Below are positions 46,759 through 56,545 of a stretch of DNA of 64,000 nucleotides, in pieces; within the stretch, counting starts at the first letter, position 1; each line of letters opens with the position of its first letter. The DNA lies in the NCBI GenBank assembly GCA_965262915.1, contig OZ253564.1, positions 2,528,001 to 2,592,000 of the forward strand, given 5' to 3'. A model generated the notes under the pieces. The model saw only the letters and a list, made by a program, of their open reading frames with translations, was not told the origin of the DNA and ran no database searches. The translations under genes were made by a program, and so were the position numbers. Origin of the DNA: Candidatus Spongiisociaceae bacterium. Its GTDB lineage: Bacteria > Actinomycetota > Acidimicrobiia > Spongiisociales > Spongiisociaceae.

Positions 46759-48666
46759 ATGGTCTCATCACCCGGGTACGGCACCATTCTGGCCAGAGAC
46801 ATGGGCATGCCGGCCCGCGATGGCGTGCACCTGGCGACCGACGTGTGGCGCCCGGCGCGTGACGGCGAACCCTTGTCGGGGCCGTTTCCGGCGGTGATGA
46901 CCCGCACCCCCTACGACCGCACCGAACCGCGGTACGGTCCCGAAGCAGAGTTCTGGACTAGCCGGGGTTTCCTGTTCGTCGTGCAGGACTGCAGGGGGCG
47001 GTTCGCGTCGGAGGGGGAGTTCGTGCTGTTCGCGAACGAAGGACCCGACGGTTACGACGCCGTGGAGTGGGTCGCCGGGCTGCCGTTCTGCGACGGCAAC
47101 GTCGGAACCTACGGCACTTCTTACCCTGGCTGGGTGCAGAGCGCGTTGGCTATCGAGCGGCCTCCCCACCTCAAGGCGATGTGGATCAACCAGGGCGGCT
47201 CGAACGGCAATCGCACCGCACTGCGCCACAACGGCGCACTCGAGCTCCGCTGGTTGGCGTGGGCCGTGACCCACGGGGCGACGACGGTGGCGCAGACCGA
47301 CCCGGAGCTTGCCGAGGAACTGTGGCTGCATGGCGTTTCCATGTACGAGTGGCTGCGGCGCCTGCCGTGGCGGGAGGAATCTCCACTGTCGGGACTCCCC
47401 GGTTACGACCTCTGGGCGCGCGAGATCTACGAGCGCGGCGACGAGGTGAGCGAGGACGGATTCTGGCAGCAGCCCGGCTTGAACTTCGAGGCGCATTTCG
47501 ACCGCACCGCCGATGTGCCGACCGTCTACAGCGGCGGCTGGTACGACTCCTATACCCGAGCGACGACCGACAACTTCGTCAGCCTCGAGGGCGAGCTCCA
47601 CCACCAACGGCTTCTCATGGGACCCTGGACACACGGGGACGTGACGCTCGAACAGTCCTCCGCCGGAGAGGTGGAGTTGGGCCCGGCCGCGGCCATGAGC
47701 TCGAACGACGAGATGTTCCCCGGAGGAAGTTGGCTGGGTGAGTTGTTGCGCTGGTTCGACTACTGGCTGCGCGGAACCGACGATGGTGTGGCCGACGGTG
47801 CGGCGGTGCGCATCTTCGTCATGGGAGGTGGCAGCGGGCGCCGCACCGGGGCCGGCCTCATCGACCACGGCGGACGGTGGCGTGACGAGCCGACCTGGCC
47901 ACTCCAGCGGGCGGCGGTGACCCCGTTCTATCTCCAGCCGGGCGGCGGGCTCGATCGGGCTCTGCCACCCGAGGATGGGGGGAGCTCGTCCTTCTTCTAC
48001 GACCCCCGGTACCCGTTGCCGACGGTCTCGGCGAACAGTTCCTCGCTCACCGAGTTCGTGCCGGTGCCGGAGCGCGTGGATCCTCTCAAGGCGATTTCTT
48101 TGAACCGACCGATGGTGATCCAGGGTGGGGCCGATCAACGCGTCCGGGCCGACACGCTTCGCACCGACGACTTCGTCGGCCCCCTCGAACTCCGCGACGA
48201 TGTGATCATGTTCGAGACCGAACCGCTCGACGTCGACATCGAAGTCACCGGCCCCATCGAAGCCACGATCTACCTCTCCTCGGACGTGCCCGACACCGAC
48301 CTGTTCGTGATGGTTCAGGACCTCTACCCGGCGAGCGGCGACTGGCCCGACGGCTTCCGGCTCAACGTAGCCGACGGGTTGATGCGGGTGCGCTACCGCG
48401 AGGGTTTCGACAGCGGTACGTTGCTCGATCCCGGGCAGGTCGCCAAGGTCGAGTTCCAGCTCTACCCGACGAGCAACCGTTTCGTGGCCGGCCATCGCAT
48501 ACGGGTACTGGTCTCTTCATCGTCGTTTCCTCGCTTCGACATCAACCCCAACACCGGCGAACCGCTCGGCCGCCACACTCGGACTCAGCTCGCGACGAAC
48601 ACGGTCCACCATTCCGAGGCGCACCGATCGAGCATCAACCTGCCATTGATTCCGGTTGTCGGCTAG
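46759..48666 (+). CDS. CocE/NonD family hydrolase
   Basis: RDGVHLATDV, RTPY, QDCRGRFASEG, GTSY, GGWYD, MGPWTH and SSSSFPRFDINPNTG motifs. Confidence 0.93.
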   Translation: MVSSPGYGTILARDMGMPARDGVHLATDVWRPARDGEPLSGPFPAVMTRTPYDRTEPRYGPEAEFWTSRGFLFVVQDCRGRFASEGEFVLFANEGPDGYDAVEWVAGLPFCDGNVGTYGTSYPGWVQSALAIERPPHLKAMWINQGGSNGNRTALRHNGALELRWLAWAVTHGATTVAQTDPELAEELWLHGVSMYEWLRRLPWREESPLSGLPGYDLWAREIYERGDEVSEDGFWQQPGLNFEAHFDRTADVPTVYSGGWYDSYTRATTDNFVSLEGELHHQRLLMGPWTHGDVTLEQSSAGEVELGPAAAMSSNDEMFPGGSWLGELLRWFDYWLRGTDDGVADGAAVRIFVMGGGSGRRTGAGLIDHGGRWRDEPTWPLQRAAVTPFYLQPGGGLDRALPPEDGGSSSFFYDPRYPLPTVSANSSSLTEFVPVPERVDPLKAISLNRPMVIQGGADQRVRADTLRTDDFVGPLELRDDVIMFETEPLDVDIEVTGPIEATIYLSSDVPDTDLFVMVQDLYPASGDWPDGFRLNVADGLMRVRYREGFDSGTLLDPGQVAKVEFQLYPTSNRFVAGHRIRVLVSSSSFPRFDINPNTGEPLGRHTRTQLATNTVHHSEAHRSSINLPLIPVVG

Positions 48667-49058
48667 GAGGGTGCTCATTCCGGGATTAGTTGTAGATACT
48701 CGGAACGTGCCGACCATCCGGCCGGTCAGACCCGGGGGGACCGAGAACGCGAAAAACGCCGCACCGGACCCCTCCGACGGGCCCACCCCCGACCGCCACC
48801 TCCTCGGTTCCCGAACGTGTCCCGCCATCCCCTACGAGGGGGTCGGCTCCGACAACATGATCCCTGCCCCGGTCCGGTCGGTACCGCAAACGGACCGGTG
48901 GTGTTTCCGGCTACTTACCAGTATGCAACAGCGCTGTGACACGTTCAACCCTCTTGTGGCGGCGAGCTCGGTCCCGGGGGTGCAGTAAGCGGGCGGGCGT
49001 GCCGGTCGTGGGAGGACGCCGGTCTCCCAACGCAGCGAACCAAAGACTCGGGAACTAG
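48663..49058. mobile_element. Family D copy 2, preceded by a short family B-like stub
   Basis: Aligns with 1489-1885 over its length; begins at the CocE TAG stop inside CTAG. Confidence 0.8.
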
Positions 49059-49161
49059 GAGGGTGGTCTAAAACGGCGGGGAGCAACGGCCCGTCTTCCT
49101 CTGGACGGGCATTATGTCATCGGTCGACGGGCCGTGAAGGGGTCTTGCACCGGCCTCCTAG
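49055..49161. mobile_element. Family B copy
   Basis: CTAG-GAGGGTGGTCTAAAAC...GTCTTGCACCGGCCTC-CTAG. Confidence 0.85.
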
Positions 49162-49550
49162 TGTCCTGAATCAGAAAATCGTTACAGATACCCGAAAGCG
49201 GGCTGAGCAACCCACCCACCCGATTCCCAATAACGAGAACGCGAAAAACGCCCGAACGGACCACTTCCGCGGGCCCACCCCCGCCGCCACCTCCATCGGT
49301 CCCCGAGCGCGCTCCCCCATCCCCCGGGAGGGTCGGCGCGAAGCATTATGATCCCTGGCCCGGTCCGCTTGACGTCGGAAGCGAACCGGTGGTGTATACG
49401 GCTATCGAACATTATGCAACGTGGGTGTGACAGGATCAGCCCTTGCGTGGCAGCCGGTTACCTGGAGAGGGAGGACCGGGGTCCGGTCGGGGCCGCGGCA
49501 GTCCGATGAAGCTGTATTCACCACAACGAACTTGAGATTCGGGACACTAG
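49158..49550. mobile_element. Family D copy 3 with best-preserved IS630-type ends
   Basis: TA-GTGTCCTGAATC...GATTCGGGACAC-TA. Confidence 0.85.
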
Positions 49551-49653
49551 GAGGGTGGTCTAAAACGGTGGGGAGCAACGGCCCGTCTTCCTCTGAACAG
49601 GCATTATGTCATCGGTCAACGGGCCGTTATGGGGTTTTACACCACCCTCCTAG
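49547..49653. mobile_element. Family B copy with near-perfect inverted ends
   Basis: CTAG-GAGGGTGGTCTAAAAC...GTTTTACACCACCCTC-CTAG. Confidence 0.85.
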
Positions 49654-50744
49654 TGTCCTGATTCGGGGATTCGTTGTAGATAGTTGGTGAGGTTGTCGAA
49701 GATTTGGTCGGCGGTTTTGTGCCAGATGAAGGGTTTGGGGTTTTGGTTCCAGTGTTGGGTCCATTGGTTGATGGCGTCGGTGAGTTCGGCTACGGATCGG
49801 TGGGTGCCTCGGCGTATCTGTTTGGTGGTGAGTTCGGAGAACCATCGCTCGACGAGGTTCATCCACGACGCGTAGGTGGGTGTGAAATGGAACGTGAACC
49901 GTGGATGGCGTTGCAGCCAGCGCCCTATGGGTTCGGTTTTGTGGGGCGACGCGTTGTCCAACACGACATGGACGTCGAGTTCTGGTGGGACTTCGCGGTT
50001 GATGAGGTTTAGGAACGTCTGGAATTTGTGGGTGCGGTTGCGTCGTGTCATGGAGGTGATGACCCGGCCGGTGGCCGTGTCGAGCGCGGCCCCGAGGTTG
50101 GTGGTGCCGTACCGGCGGTAGTCGTGGGTGCGCCGCTGGGGGGTTCCGGGCAACAGGGGCAGGATCGGCGCGGTGCGGTCGAGGGCCTGTATCTGGGATT
50201 TGTGGTCCACACACAGCACCACCGCCGCGTCGGGCGGGTTCAGGTACAAACCCGCCAGGTCGCGGACCTTTTCCACGAACTGGGGGTCGGGAGATATCTT
50301 GAAATGCTCGGTCCGGTGCGGCTTGAGACCGAACGCCCGCCATATTCTTAGGATCGACGACTGGGACAGGCCGACGGCCCTCGCCATGGACCGGGTCGAC
50401 CAGTGCGTCGCGTCTCTCGGTGTTTCCTCCAGCGTCTTGACCACCACTTCTTCTACCTTGGCGTCGTCGATGCGGCGGGGCGGCCCGGGGCGGGGATTGT
50501 CGTAGAGGCCGTCGAGACGGCGCCGGGCGAAACGGTTCCGCCACTTCGAGACCGTAACCCCGCTGCAGCCCACCTCCGCTGCGATGTCCACATTGGTGCG
50601 GCCTTCGGCCGCTCCCAGCACGATACGAGACCGCATCGCTAACCCTTGTGCGGTGCTACGCCGCCGTATCCACCGCTCGAGCGTCTGGCGTTCCTCTTCA
50701 TCCAGCTCGATAACCACTGCTTTACGACTCCGCTGCTTCTCCAT
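49650..50744 (-). CDS. IS630-family transposase
   Basis: HTH region, THWSTR, catalytic D (VLCVD), D (VLDN) and E (WMNLVE), PKPFIW; the TAG stop is completed by the target TA. Confidence 0.95.
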   Translation of the reverse strand: MEKQRSRKAVVIELDEEERQTLERWIRRRSTAQGLAMRSRIVLGAAEGRTNVDIAAEVGCSGVTVSKWRNRFARRRLDGLYDNPRPGPPRRIDDAKVEEVVVKTLEETPRDATHWSTRSMARAVGLSQSSILRIWRAFGLKPHRTEHFKISPDPQFVEKVRDLAGLYLNPPDAAVVLCVDHKSQIQALDRTAPILPLLPGTPQRRTHDYRRYGTTNLGAALDTATGRVITSMTRRNRTHKFQTFLNLINREVPPELDVHVVLDNASPHKTEPIGRWLQRHPRFTFHFTPTYASWMNLVERWFSELTTKQIRRGTHRSVAELTDAINQWTQHWNQNPKPFIWHKTADQIFDNLTNYLQRIPESGH

Positions 50745-50822
50745 ACGCTGCTCCCACTACTGACTGACACTGACCTGCATATTCTAGCAGCATATGGCAA
50801 AGAAACTAAGGAATCAGGACAC
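49653..50822 (-). mobile_element. IS630-family insertion sequence
   Basis: Terminal inverted repeats GTGTCCTGATTC / GAATCAGGACAC, flanked by TA at 49651-49652 and 50823-50824. Confidence 0.93.
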
Positions 50823-50886
50823 TAGGACACTGCTGAGCAATCCACCAGCGAGCGACAGCGATAGTCATCGTGCAGCCTTCTCCCAG
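50822..50886. mobile_element. Internally deleted family C copy, inverted
   Basis: TGCTGAGCAATCCA...GTCATCGTGCAGCCTTCTCCC is the reverse complement of the two ends of 44040-44146. Confidence 0.6.
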
Positions 50887-50944
50887 GGGGACTCCAAGCC
50901 CTCGTGAAGTTCCGCGATGATCGTGCTGTGATGAGTCCCACTTC

Positions 50945-52312
50945 CTACCAGATAGCCCAGAGGTGCGATGGAGATTTCGGGAAGAGCGCATCGAGCACCA
51001 CACGCGCCGTTGGACTCCTGATCTCACAGTCGGGGAAGGCATACTCGAGTTCCTCCGAGGAACGGAAGCCGAAGAGCAGCTGTAAGAAGGTCAGCCCGGG
51101 GAAGAGAGCGTCCGACGATCCACGGTCCAGCCAGCTATCGCCCCGCGCAGGATTGCGCCGTCGTTCCACTCGGGCGAGGCGCCCGTTGTCGAATAACAGG
51201 TCCACTCCGTAGTCGATGAAGCCTATGGACAGTTCACCGGTGTGACCGGCCGCGTCCGAGCCGACCAGACGACCCTCCAGCACAGGGGCGACGTGGCGTA
51301 TGAAGCCAGGGATATCGGCGATGCGGACATACCAGGCACGAGGGCGCTCCCAGTGCGACGTTGCGTCCTCGACGACTCCGTACACCGGATGTTCCGTGCT
51401 CAACGCAAACATCACATCGCGAAACGATCCGGATCCGTCCCGCGCGGCGTACTCCGCGCCGGTCCCGCGGAGGTACCGAACGACGCCGGGAGTGACCTCG
51501 CGCCACGATGTTTCGCCTTCCAGCTCGTAGAGAAGCACCACCAGATCGCCGTACCATAGCTCCCGAGCGTGAGCGAGGAGACCGACCGGTGCACCCGTCG
51601 CGGCCTCCACAACGCATATCTCGGTCAATCCGTAGGTATCCTCGCTCCTCCCGAACAGTTCGTACCACCACAGCCCCTCGTCGCGCACACACGAGAGGAG
51701 GTAACGACTCATGCCTTTGTCGTACACGCGTGACACGAAAGGTATATCGCCCTCCGCCGCCCGGCGCACCCTGTAGGGACCCTCTGCGCCGTCGGTCGGC
51801 GCCGGCCCACCGGACCAGGAGCACGCGTGGCCGAACCCGTACTCCACCGCCATCTCGTACCCGAACTGGCGGTAGTACCACGGTATCCCGGAGATGACCT
51901 GCATCTGTTCCCCGCGCGCGGCGCTCAGGTCATGGACCGCTCCCATCTGAGCGCGTACCAGTCCTCCCCTGCGATAGTCGGGATGGGTGGACACCAACTC
52001 GATACGGCCGGCCGCTACCTCGATGCCGCCGTATGACCACGTTTGGGCGATCAGGTTCAGCATCGACACGATGGCGCCGGTGTCGGTGTCCTCCACCAAG
52101 GTGAAATCCCCGGGCCCGAAACCCGGAAGAGCTCCGCTCATCAGGTCCCTGGTCCAGACTCTGAACGGCTCACCGGATTCGCCCGGACGCGCATGAACCT
52201 GAGCCTGAAACTCGGCAGCGGCCTCGGTATCCCCCGCGGTCGCCTGTCTCAAGATGAGACCCTCGCCCAAATCCCTCAGAATGGGCCGGGTTAGCTCGGT
52301 ACTCTTACGCAT
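50945..52312 (-). CDS. GNAT acetyltransferase with Eis-like architecture
   Basis: VSTHPDYRRGGL acetyl-CoA motif, GIPWYYRQFGY and C-terminal LDALFPK. Confidence 0.8.
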   Translation of the reverse strand: MRKSTELTRPILRDLGEGLILRQATAGDTEAAAEFQAQVHARPGESGEPFRVWTRDLMSGALPGFGPGDFTLVEDTDTGAIVSMLNLIAQTWSYGGIEVAAGRIELVSTHPDYRRGGLVRAQMGAVHDLSAARGEQMQVISGIPWYYRQFGYEMAVEYGFGHACSWSGGPAPTDGAEGPYRVRRAAEGDIPFVSRVYDKGMSRYLLSCVRDEGLWWYELFGRSEDTYGLTEICVVEAATGAPVGLLAHARELWYGDLVVLLYELEGETSWREVTPGVVRYLRGTGAEYAARDGSGSFRDVMFALSTEHPVYGVVEDATSHWERPRAWYVRIADIPGFIRHVAPVLEGRLVGSDAAGHTGELSIGFIDYGVDLLFDNGRLARVERRRNPARGDSWLDRGSSDALFPGLTFLQLLFGFRSSEELEYAFPDCEIRSPTARVVLDALFPKSPSHLWAIW

Positions 52313-52452
52313 CTAGTACGGTCCGCGCCCGAACTCGACAACTCTATTCGAGCGAGTCGTCACGGGGAGAACCCACGACGATGTCCTATCCGGGCAGGTT
52401 CCGGGAGTTGATGGATTGGGGCTCCAAGTACTCGGGGCCACCCGGCATCCCC

Positions 52453-53397
52453 CTACCCGAGTACCTCGGCGAGCTCGGTCACCAGCTCTCGGCTTGGATC
52501 ACCGGCCCGCTTCATCGCCTCGATTGCTATCAACTCGAAGAGATCGTCGTCGATGCCCTCGGCGTCCGCCAACCGTCTCAACTCATCCCGGTAGGCCTGC
52601 AACTCGGGGATCGTCCTCTCGGCCTGCCAGATCTTCGGAATTCGGGCCGGATACGTCAACGTATTGAGCGAGAGCCTTGCCTTGTCGGAGGTGTTCGGAA
52701 GCGCCCGGTGAACTGCGCAACTGTGCCACATGAGGAAGTCACCGACCTCCATCGGCGACGAAGTCCACACACCGTCGATGTCCCTATCCGGTACACCTTT
52801 CTGTGCTCGTCCCTTGAAGCCGACCGAGTAGGTGCCTGGAAGCTCTACGTGGTCGATGAGCCCGTGTTTCTCCGACCCGGCAGCGATCGCCAGGCCACCG
52901 TTGGCGATCTCGAGGTCCATCAGCGGGATCCAGATCATCCGGAACCGATCCGTCTGCTGGATGTAGAAGAAATCCTGGTGAGGCGGCGTGACATGCGGGG
53001 TATCCGAGGGCATTGCGTGGCGAAAGCCGACCGTAGGAGCGATATATCCCGGTTCGCCGTAGGCGATGTCGATTGCCTCCTGCAATTCAGTCGATGTCGT
53101 GATGTCAAGCCATGAGGTCAGGGCATAGATCGGATCGTCATCGATATCGGTGTGGGTGAGCCCTGGTCTTACCAGCGGCTCCGATGTGTCCGGCTCCAGG
53201 ATTCCTTGCCTCTGGAGCTCGGCAACGGCGTCGGCTTTTGTCTTCAGCACGAGATCCTTGTCGAGCACACCCTTGAAGAACAGGTAGCTGTTCTCCTCGA
53301 AGAAACGCCGGATGTCGACAGGGTTGTCGACGCCGACTCTCACCTCTTGAAACGGAGCAAGTTCCTCCTCATTCACACGTTCAGCACCCTCCCACAT
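52453..53397 (-). CDS. PhyH-family dioxygenase, paralog of 7009-7899
   Basis: HQD, RMIWIPLMDLE and WHSCAVHRALPNTS; ATG at 53397 follows GGAGG. Confidence 0.88.
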   Translation of the reverse strand: MWEGAERVNEEELAPFQEVRVGVDNPVDIRRFFEENSYLFFKGVLDKDLVLKTKADAVAELQRQGILEPDTSEPLVRPGLTHTDIDDDPIYALTSWLDITTSTELQEAIDIAYGEPGYIAPTVGFRHAMPSDTPHVTPPHQDFFYIQQTDRFRMIWIPLMDLEIANGGLAIAAGSEKHGLIDHVELPGTYSVGFKGRAQKGVPDRDIDGVWTSSPMEVGDFLMWHSCAVHRALPNTSDKARLSLNTLTYPARIPKIWQAERTIPELQAYRDELRRLADAEGIDDDLFELIAIEAMKRAGDPSRELVTELAEVLG

Positions 53398-53530
53398 GGT
53401 TTCCTCCCAAGGTTCCAAGTACCCTCCGACACCGTAGCATCCGGCGTGGTCGCACCCGGACCTCGTAACAACTTTCGAGCTCACCGACACCGATCCACGG
53501 GTAGAGTGTTTGTCGATCGGAGCAGAGGGC

Positions 53531-54910
53531 ATGGGCGTGAATAGGCCGACCGGCAACAAGACGCGGGTCGCGATCGGGTGTGGAAGTTCATCATCGGTAT
53601 GCCGGCTCGAGGAGGCAGAGCGGCTCCTCGAGAGCGGTGAGGTCGAGTATCTGGCATTCGATCGCCTCGCAGAGCGCACCAGTGCCCAGATGCACCTGGC
53701 GAGAACCAGGGGCCTGCGCGCTTACTCGCCGCAGTGGGAGGACTACCTCACGGCATTGCTGCCGGAGGCTCGTCGCCGCGGCGTAGCGTTGGTGAGCAAT
53801 GCCGGAGGCGAGGACACCGCGGCAGGCCTCGACGCATCGGTGCGCGTGGCTCGCGACCTGGACCTGGTGGGGCTCAGGGTTGCTGCGACGATTCCGCGGC
53901 AGGATCCTATGGAGGCCGTCCGCGCCGTCGATCCGACGGTCTCGGAGACGGGCAAACCCGTATCGGAACTCGATGGAGAGGTCATCGGCGCAACCGTGTA
54001 CGAGAGCGCGTGGCCGGTCGTGGAGGCGCTCCACGATGGGGCGGACGTCGTAGTTACCGGTCGGGTCGGCGATTCGGCCCTCTACATGGCGCCACTGGCT
54101 TTCGAGTATCAGTGGGACAGAGACGAGTGGGACCTCCTCGCCAGAGGCATGGCTGTCGGCCACCTCATGGAGTGCGGAGGGCAGTTGACCGGCGGGTACT
54201 ACGCGGCGCCGCCGTACAAGGTGGTTCCCGGTCTCGCCAGCCTCGGCCTGCCCTACGCGGTGGTCGACCCGGACGGCAACGCCGAGTACCGGAAAGTGGC
54301 CGGTACGGGCGGAAAGATCACGGCCGGGACGGTCAAGGAGCAGCTTCTATACGAAATCGGGGACCCGGCTCGCTACGTTCACACCGACGTTGTCGTCGAC
54401 TTCACCGGAGCCACGATCTCGGACCTCGGCGACGATCGGGTGAGGATGAAGGGCATCGCCGGCCATCCGGCACCCCAGACCCTCAAAGTGCTGCTGGCGG
54501 TCAGAGAAGGGTTCATCGGCGAGAGTTATGTCACCTTCGGAGGCGGCGGTGCCCTCGAGAGAGCTCAGCTCGCGGCCGAGACGATGCGTGAGCGGGTTGA
54601 CATCATGGGCCTGCCGCTCCTGGAGTTTCGTGCCGGCTTCATGGGTATCGACTCGCTGGGTAGGGGTTGGGGCGACGGAGCGGTGGTTCCCCGCGAGGTC
54701 ACGCTCCATCTCGCGGCCAGATTCCGGACGAGAAAAGCGGCCGAGGAGTTCGTCTTCGACGCCTTCATGGGTGCCGGCAACCACTACGCGCCGGCGGCCG
54801 GTACTCCGGGGCGACAGCTTCTTCCGGTCGACGACACACCGAGCATCTACACGACGTTCATCGACAAGGAGGACATGAAACCGTCGATGCTCGAGATACG
54901 GGAGGCATGA
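53531..54910 (+). CDS. AtuA/DUF1446 family protein
   Basis: YLAFDRLAERT, GADVVVTGRVGDS, GHLMECGGQLTGGY and TVKEQLLYEIGDP motifs. Confidence 0.88.
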   Translation: MGVNRPTGNKTRVAIGCGSSSSVCRLEEAERLLESGEVEYLAFDRLAERTSAQMHLARTRGLRAYSPQWEDYLTALLPEARRRGVALVSNAGGEDTAAGLDASVRVARDLDLVGLRVAATIPRQDPMEAVRAVDPTVSETGKPVSELDGEVIGATVYESAWPVVEALHDGADVVVTGRVGDSALYMAPLAFEYQWDRDEWDLLARGMAVGHLMECGGQLTGGYYAAPPYKVVPGLASLGLPYAVVDPDGNAEYRKVAGTGGKITAGTVKEQLLYEIGDPARYVHTDVVVDFTGATISDLGDDRVRMKGIAGHPAPQTLKVLLAVREGFIGESYVTFGGGGALERAQLAAETMRERVDIMGLPLLEFRAGFMGIDSLGRGWGDGAVVPREVTLHLAARFRTRKAAEEFVFDAFMGAGNHYAPAAGTPGRQLLPVDDTPSIYTTFIDKEDMKPSMLEIREA

Positions 54911-54913
54911 GCA

Positions 54914-55276
54914 TTGCCTGACGCAGGAACGAAGCGGGTTGCGTTGCGTGAACTGGCTCACTCCCGCGCCGGTGACAAGGGCGACGACGTCAACCTGGGC
55001 CTGGTCGCCTACCTGCCGGAGTTCTACCCGGTGTTGTTGCGGGAAGTGACGCCGGAACGGGTGAAGAGCTACTTCGGGACTCTGGTCAAGGGCGAGGTCC
55101 AGAGGTACGAGCTTCCCAAGATTCATGCGTTGAACTTCGTGCTGACCAACGCCCTCGAAGGAGGGTCGTCCAAATCGTTGCGCCAGGACCTCCACGGCAA
55201 GGCCCTCAGCGGACCCTTCCTCGACATGGAAATCGATATTCCCGCCGATCTTCCCGAGGCGGACTTCCCATACTAG
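54914..55276 (+). CDS. Small AtuA-related protein (C-terminal-domain-like)
   Basis: LAHSRAGDKGD, VQRYELP, ALNFVL and SLRQDLHGK; its TAG stop is the start of family A copy 3. Confidence 0.82.
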   Translation: MPDAGTKRVALRELAHSRAGDKGDDVNLGLVAYLPEFYPVLLREVTPERVKSYFGTLVKGEVQRYELPKIHALNFVLTNALEGGSSKSLRQDLHGKALSGPFLDMEIDIPADLPEADFPY

Positions 55277-55440
55277 TGGTCTGTCTGCGAAACAACTTGG
55301 CGTGCTCTGCTTGCCATCGACGCTCCTCGCGGCGTTTCGCCTCCTTGATGTACCGCTGCGGGTACGCCTTCGTCGGCGGGCCTTGCGAGGAGCGCCGCTG
55401 CCAGCGCATATCACGCCGCCGTTTCACAGACTGACCACTG
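55274..55440. mobile_element. MITE-like family A, copy 3
   Basis: TAGTGGTCTGTCTG...CAGACTGACCACTG fills the whole gap between two genes. Confidence 0.85.
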
Positions 55441-56523
55441 ATGGAGCGGCTCATCCAGGGGGTCGATGGCCCGCTTCGGCCGGAGGATCTCGGACGGACG
55501 CTTTCCCACGAACACGTCTTCATCGACCTTCGCCCCCTCTGGTCACCTCCATCAGGGGTCGTCGCACTCGCCAACGCCTACGCGCCACTCACTATCGAGT
55601 TGATCAGCGCCCTGAGGAGAGATGTGCTCGGGAACCTCGACAACCTGGTTCTCGACGACGTGCCGACGGCCGTGGCAGAACTCACGGCGTTTCGGGGCGT
55701 CGGTGGTGACACGGTCATCGAGATGAGCGTTCCCGACATCGGGCGGGATGTGGAAGCCCTGCTTGCTGCGTCGCGTCTGTCCGGCGTGAAGATCATTGCC
55801 GGAAGTGGCCACTACATCGAGGCCTCACATCCGGAGGGCCTCTCCGATGAACCCGTCGATTCGATCGCGGAACGCCTGATTCTCGAGTTGGAAGAAGGAG
55901 TGGGATCGACGGGAATCAGGACCGGGGTCCTGGGCGAGATCGGTACGTCCGCTCCCATCGGCCGCACCGAGGAGAAAGTGCTGCGAGCCACGGGACGCGC
56001 CCACGTAGCAACCGGAGCACCGATTGCGGTCCACCTCTCGCCCCCACGGGAGGGCTGGTGGCAGGGTCACGAGGTTCTGGACATCCTCGAGGAAGAGGGC
56101 GTCTCCCCGGAGAGAGTGCTGCTGAGCCACCTCGACAACGTCCTCGGTGTCGGCGCGGCGCTCGATCGCGCTCTCATCTACCAGAAGGAACTCGGAGAGC
56201 GGGGCTGCTTCATCGGGTATGACGGGTGCGGCAAGGAGCACTACTTTCCGGCCCGACCGGGCTCCCCCTTCCCTCCATTCTGGGTCCCGTCAGACCAGAT
56301 TCGGGCGCACGGTGTGGCCTGGCTGGTCGGAGCAGGGTTGCGAGACAAGATCCTTCTCTCGCAGGATCTCGGTATCAAGATCGAACTCGAATGCTTCGGA
56401 GGTTTCGGCTACACGCACATAATGAACACGTTCAGCATGTACCTCACCGACCTCGGCCTTGAGGGGAACACTGTGGAGCGGATGTTGACGGACAACACAC
56501 GCGCCTTCCTGTTCGGCATGTGA
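55441..56523 (+). CDS. Phosphotriesterase-related amidohydrolase, paralog of 8225-9307
   Basis: LSHEHVFIDLR, DNLVLDDV, GEIG, WWQGHEVLDILE and GCFIGYDGCGKEHYFP are shared with the paralog. Confidence 0.9.
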   Translation: MERLIQGVDGPLRPEDLGRTLSHEHVFIDLRPLWSPPSGVVALANAYAPLTIELISALRRDVLGNLDNLVLDDVPTAVAELTAFRGVGGDTVIEMSVPDIGRDVEALLAASRLSGVKIIAGSGHYIEASHPEGLSDEPVDSIAERLILELEEGVGSTGIRTGVLGEIGTSAPIGRTEEKVLRATGRAHVATGAPIAVHLSPPREGWWQGHEVLDILEEEGVSPERVLLSHLDNVLGVGAALDRALIYQKELGERGCFIGYDGCGKEHYFPARPGSPFPPFWVPSDQIRAHGVAWLVGAGLRDKILLSQDLGIKIELECFGGFGYTHIMNTFSMYLTDLGLEGNTVERMLTDNTRAFLFGM

Positions 56524-56545
56524 CGGGTCGGCGAGCCCCCGGCCG

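Noticed and set aside
48663-49653. Alternating D/B units as a CRISPR-like array
   Set aside because: Units are about 107 and 390 bp, the would-be spacers are homologous to each other, each has its own inverted ends, and no cas genes are present.
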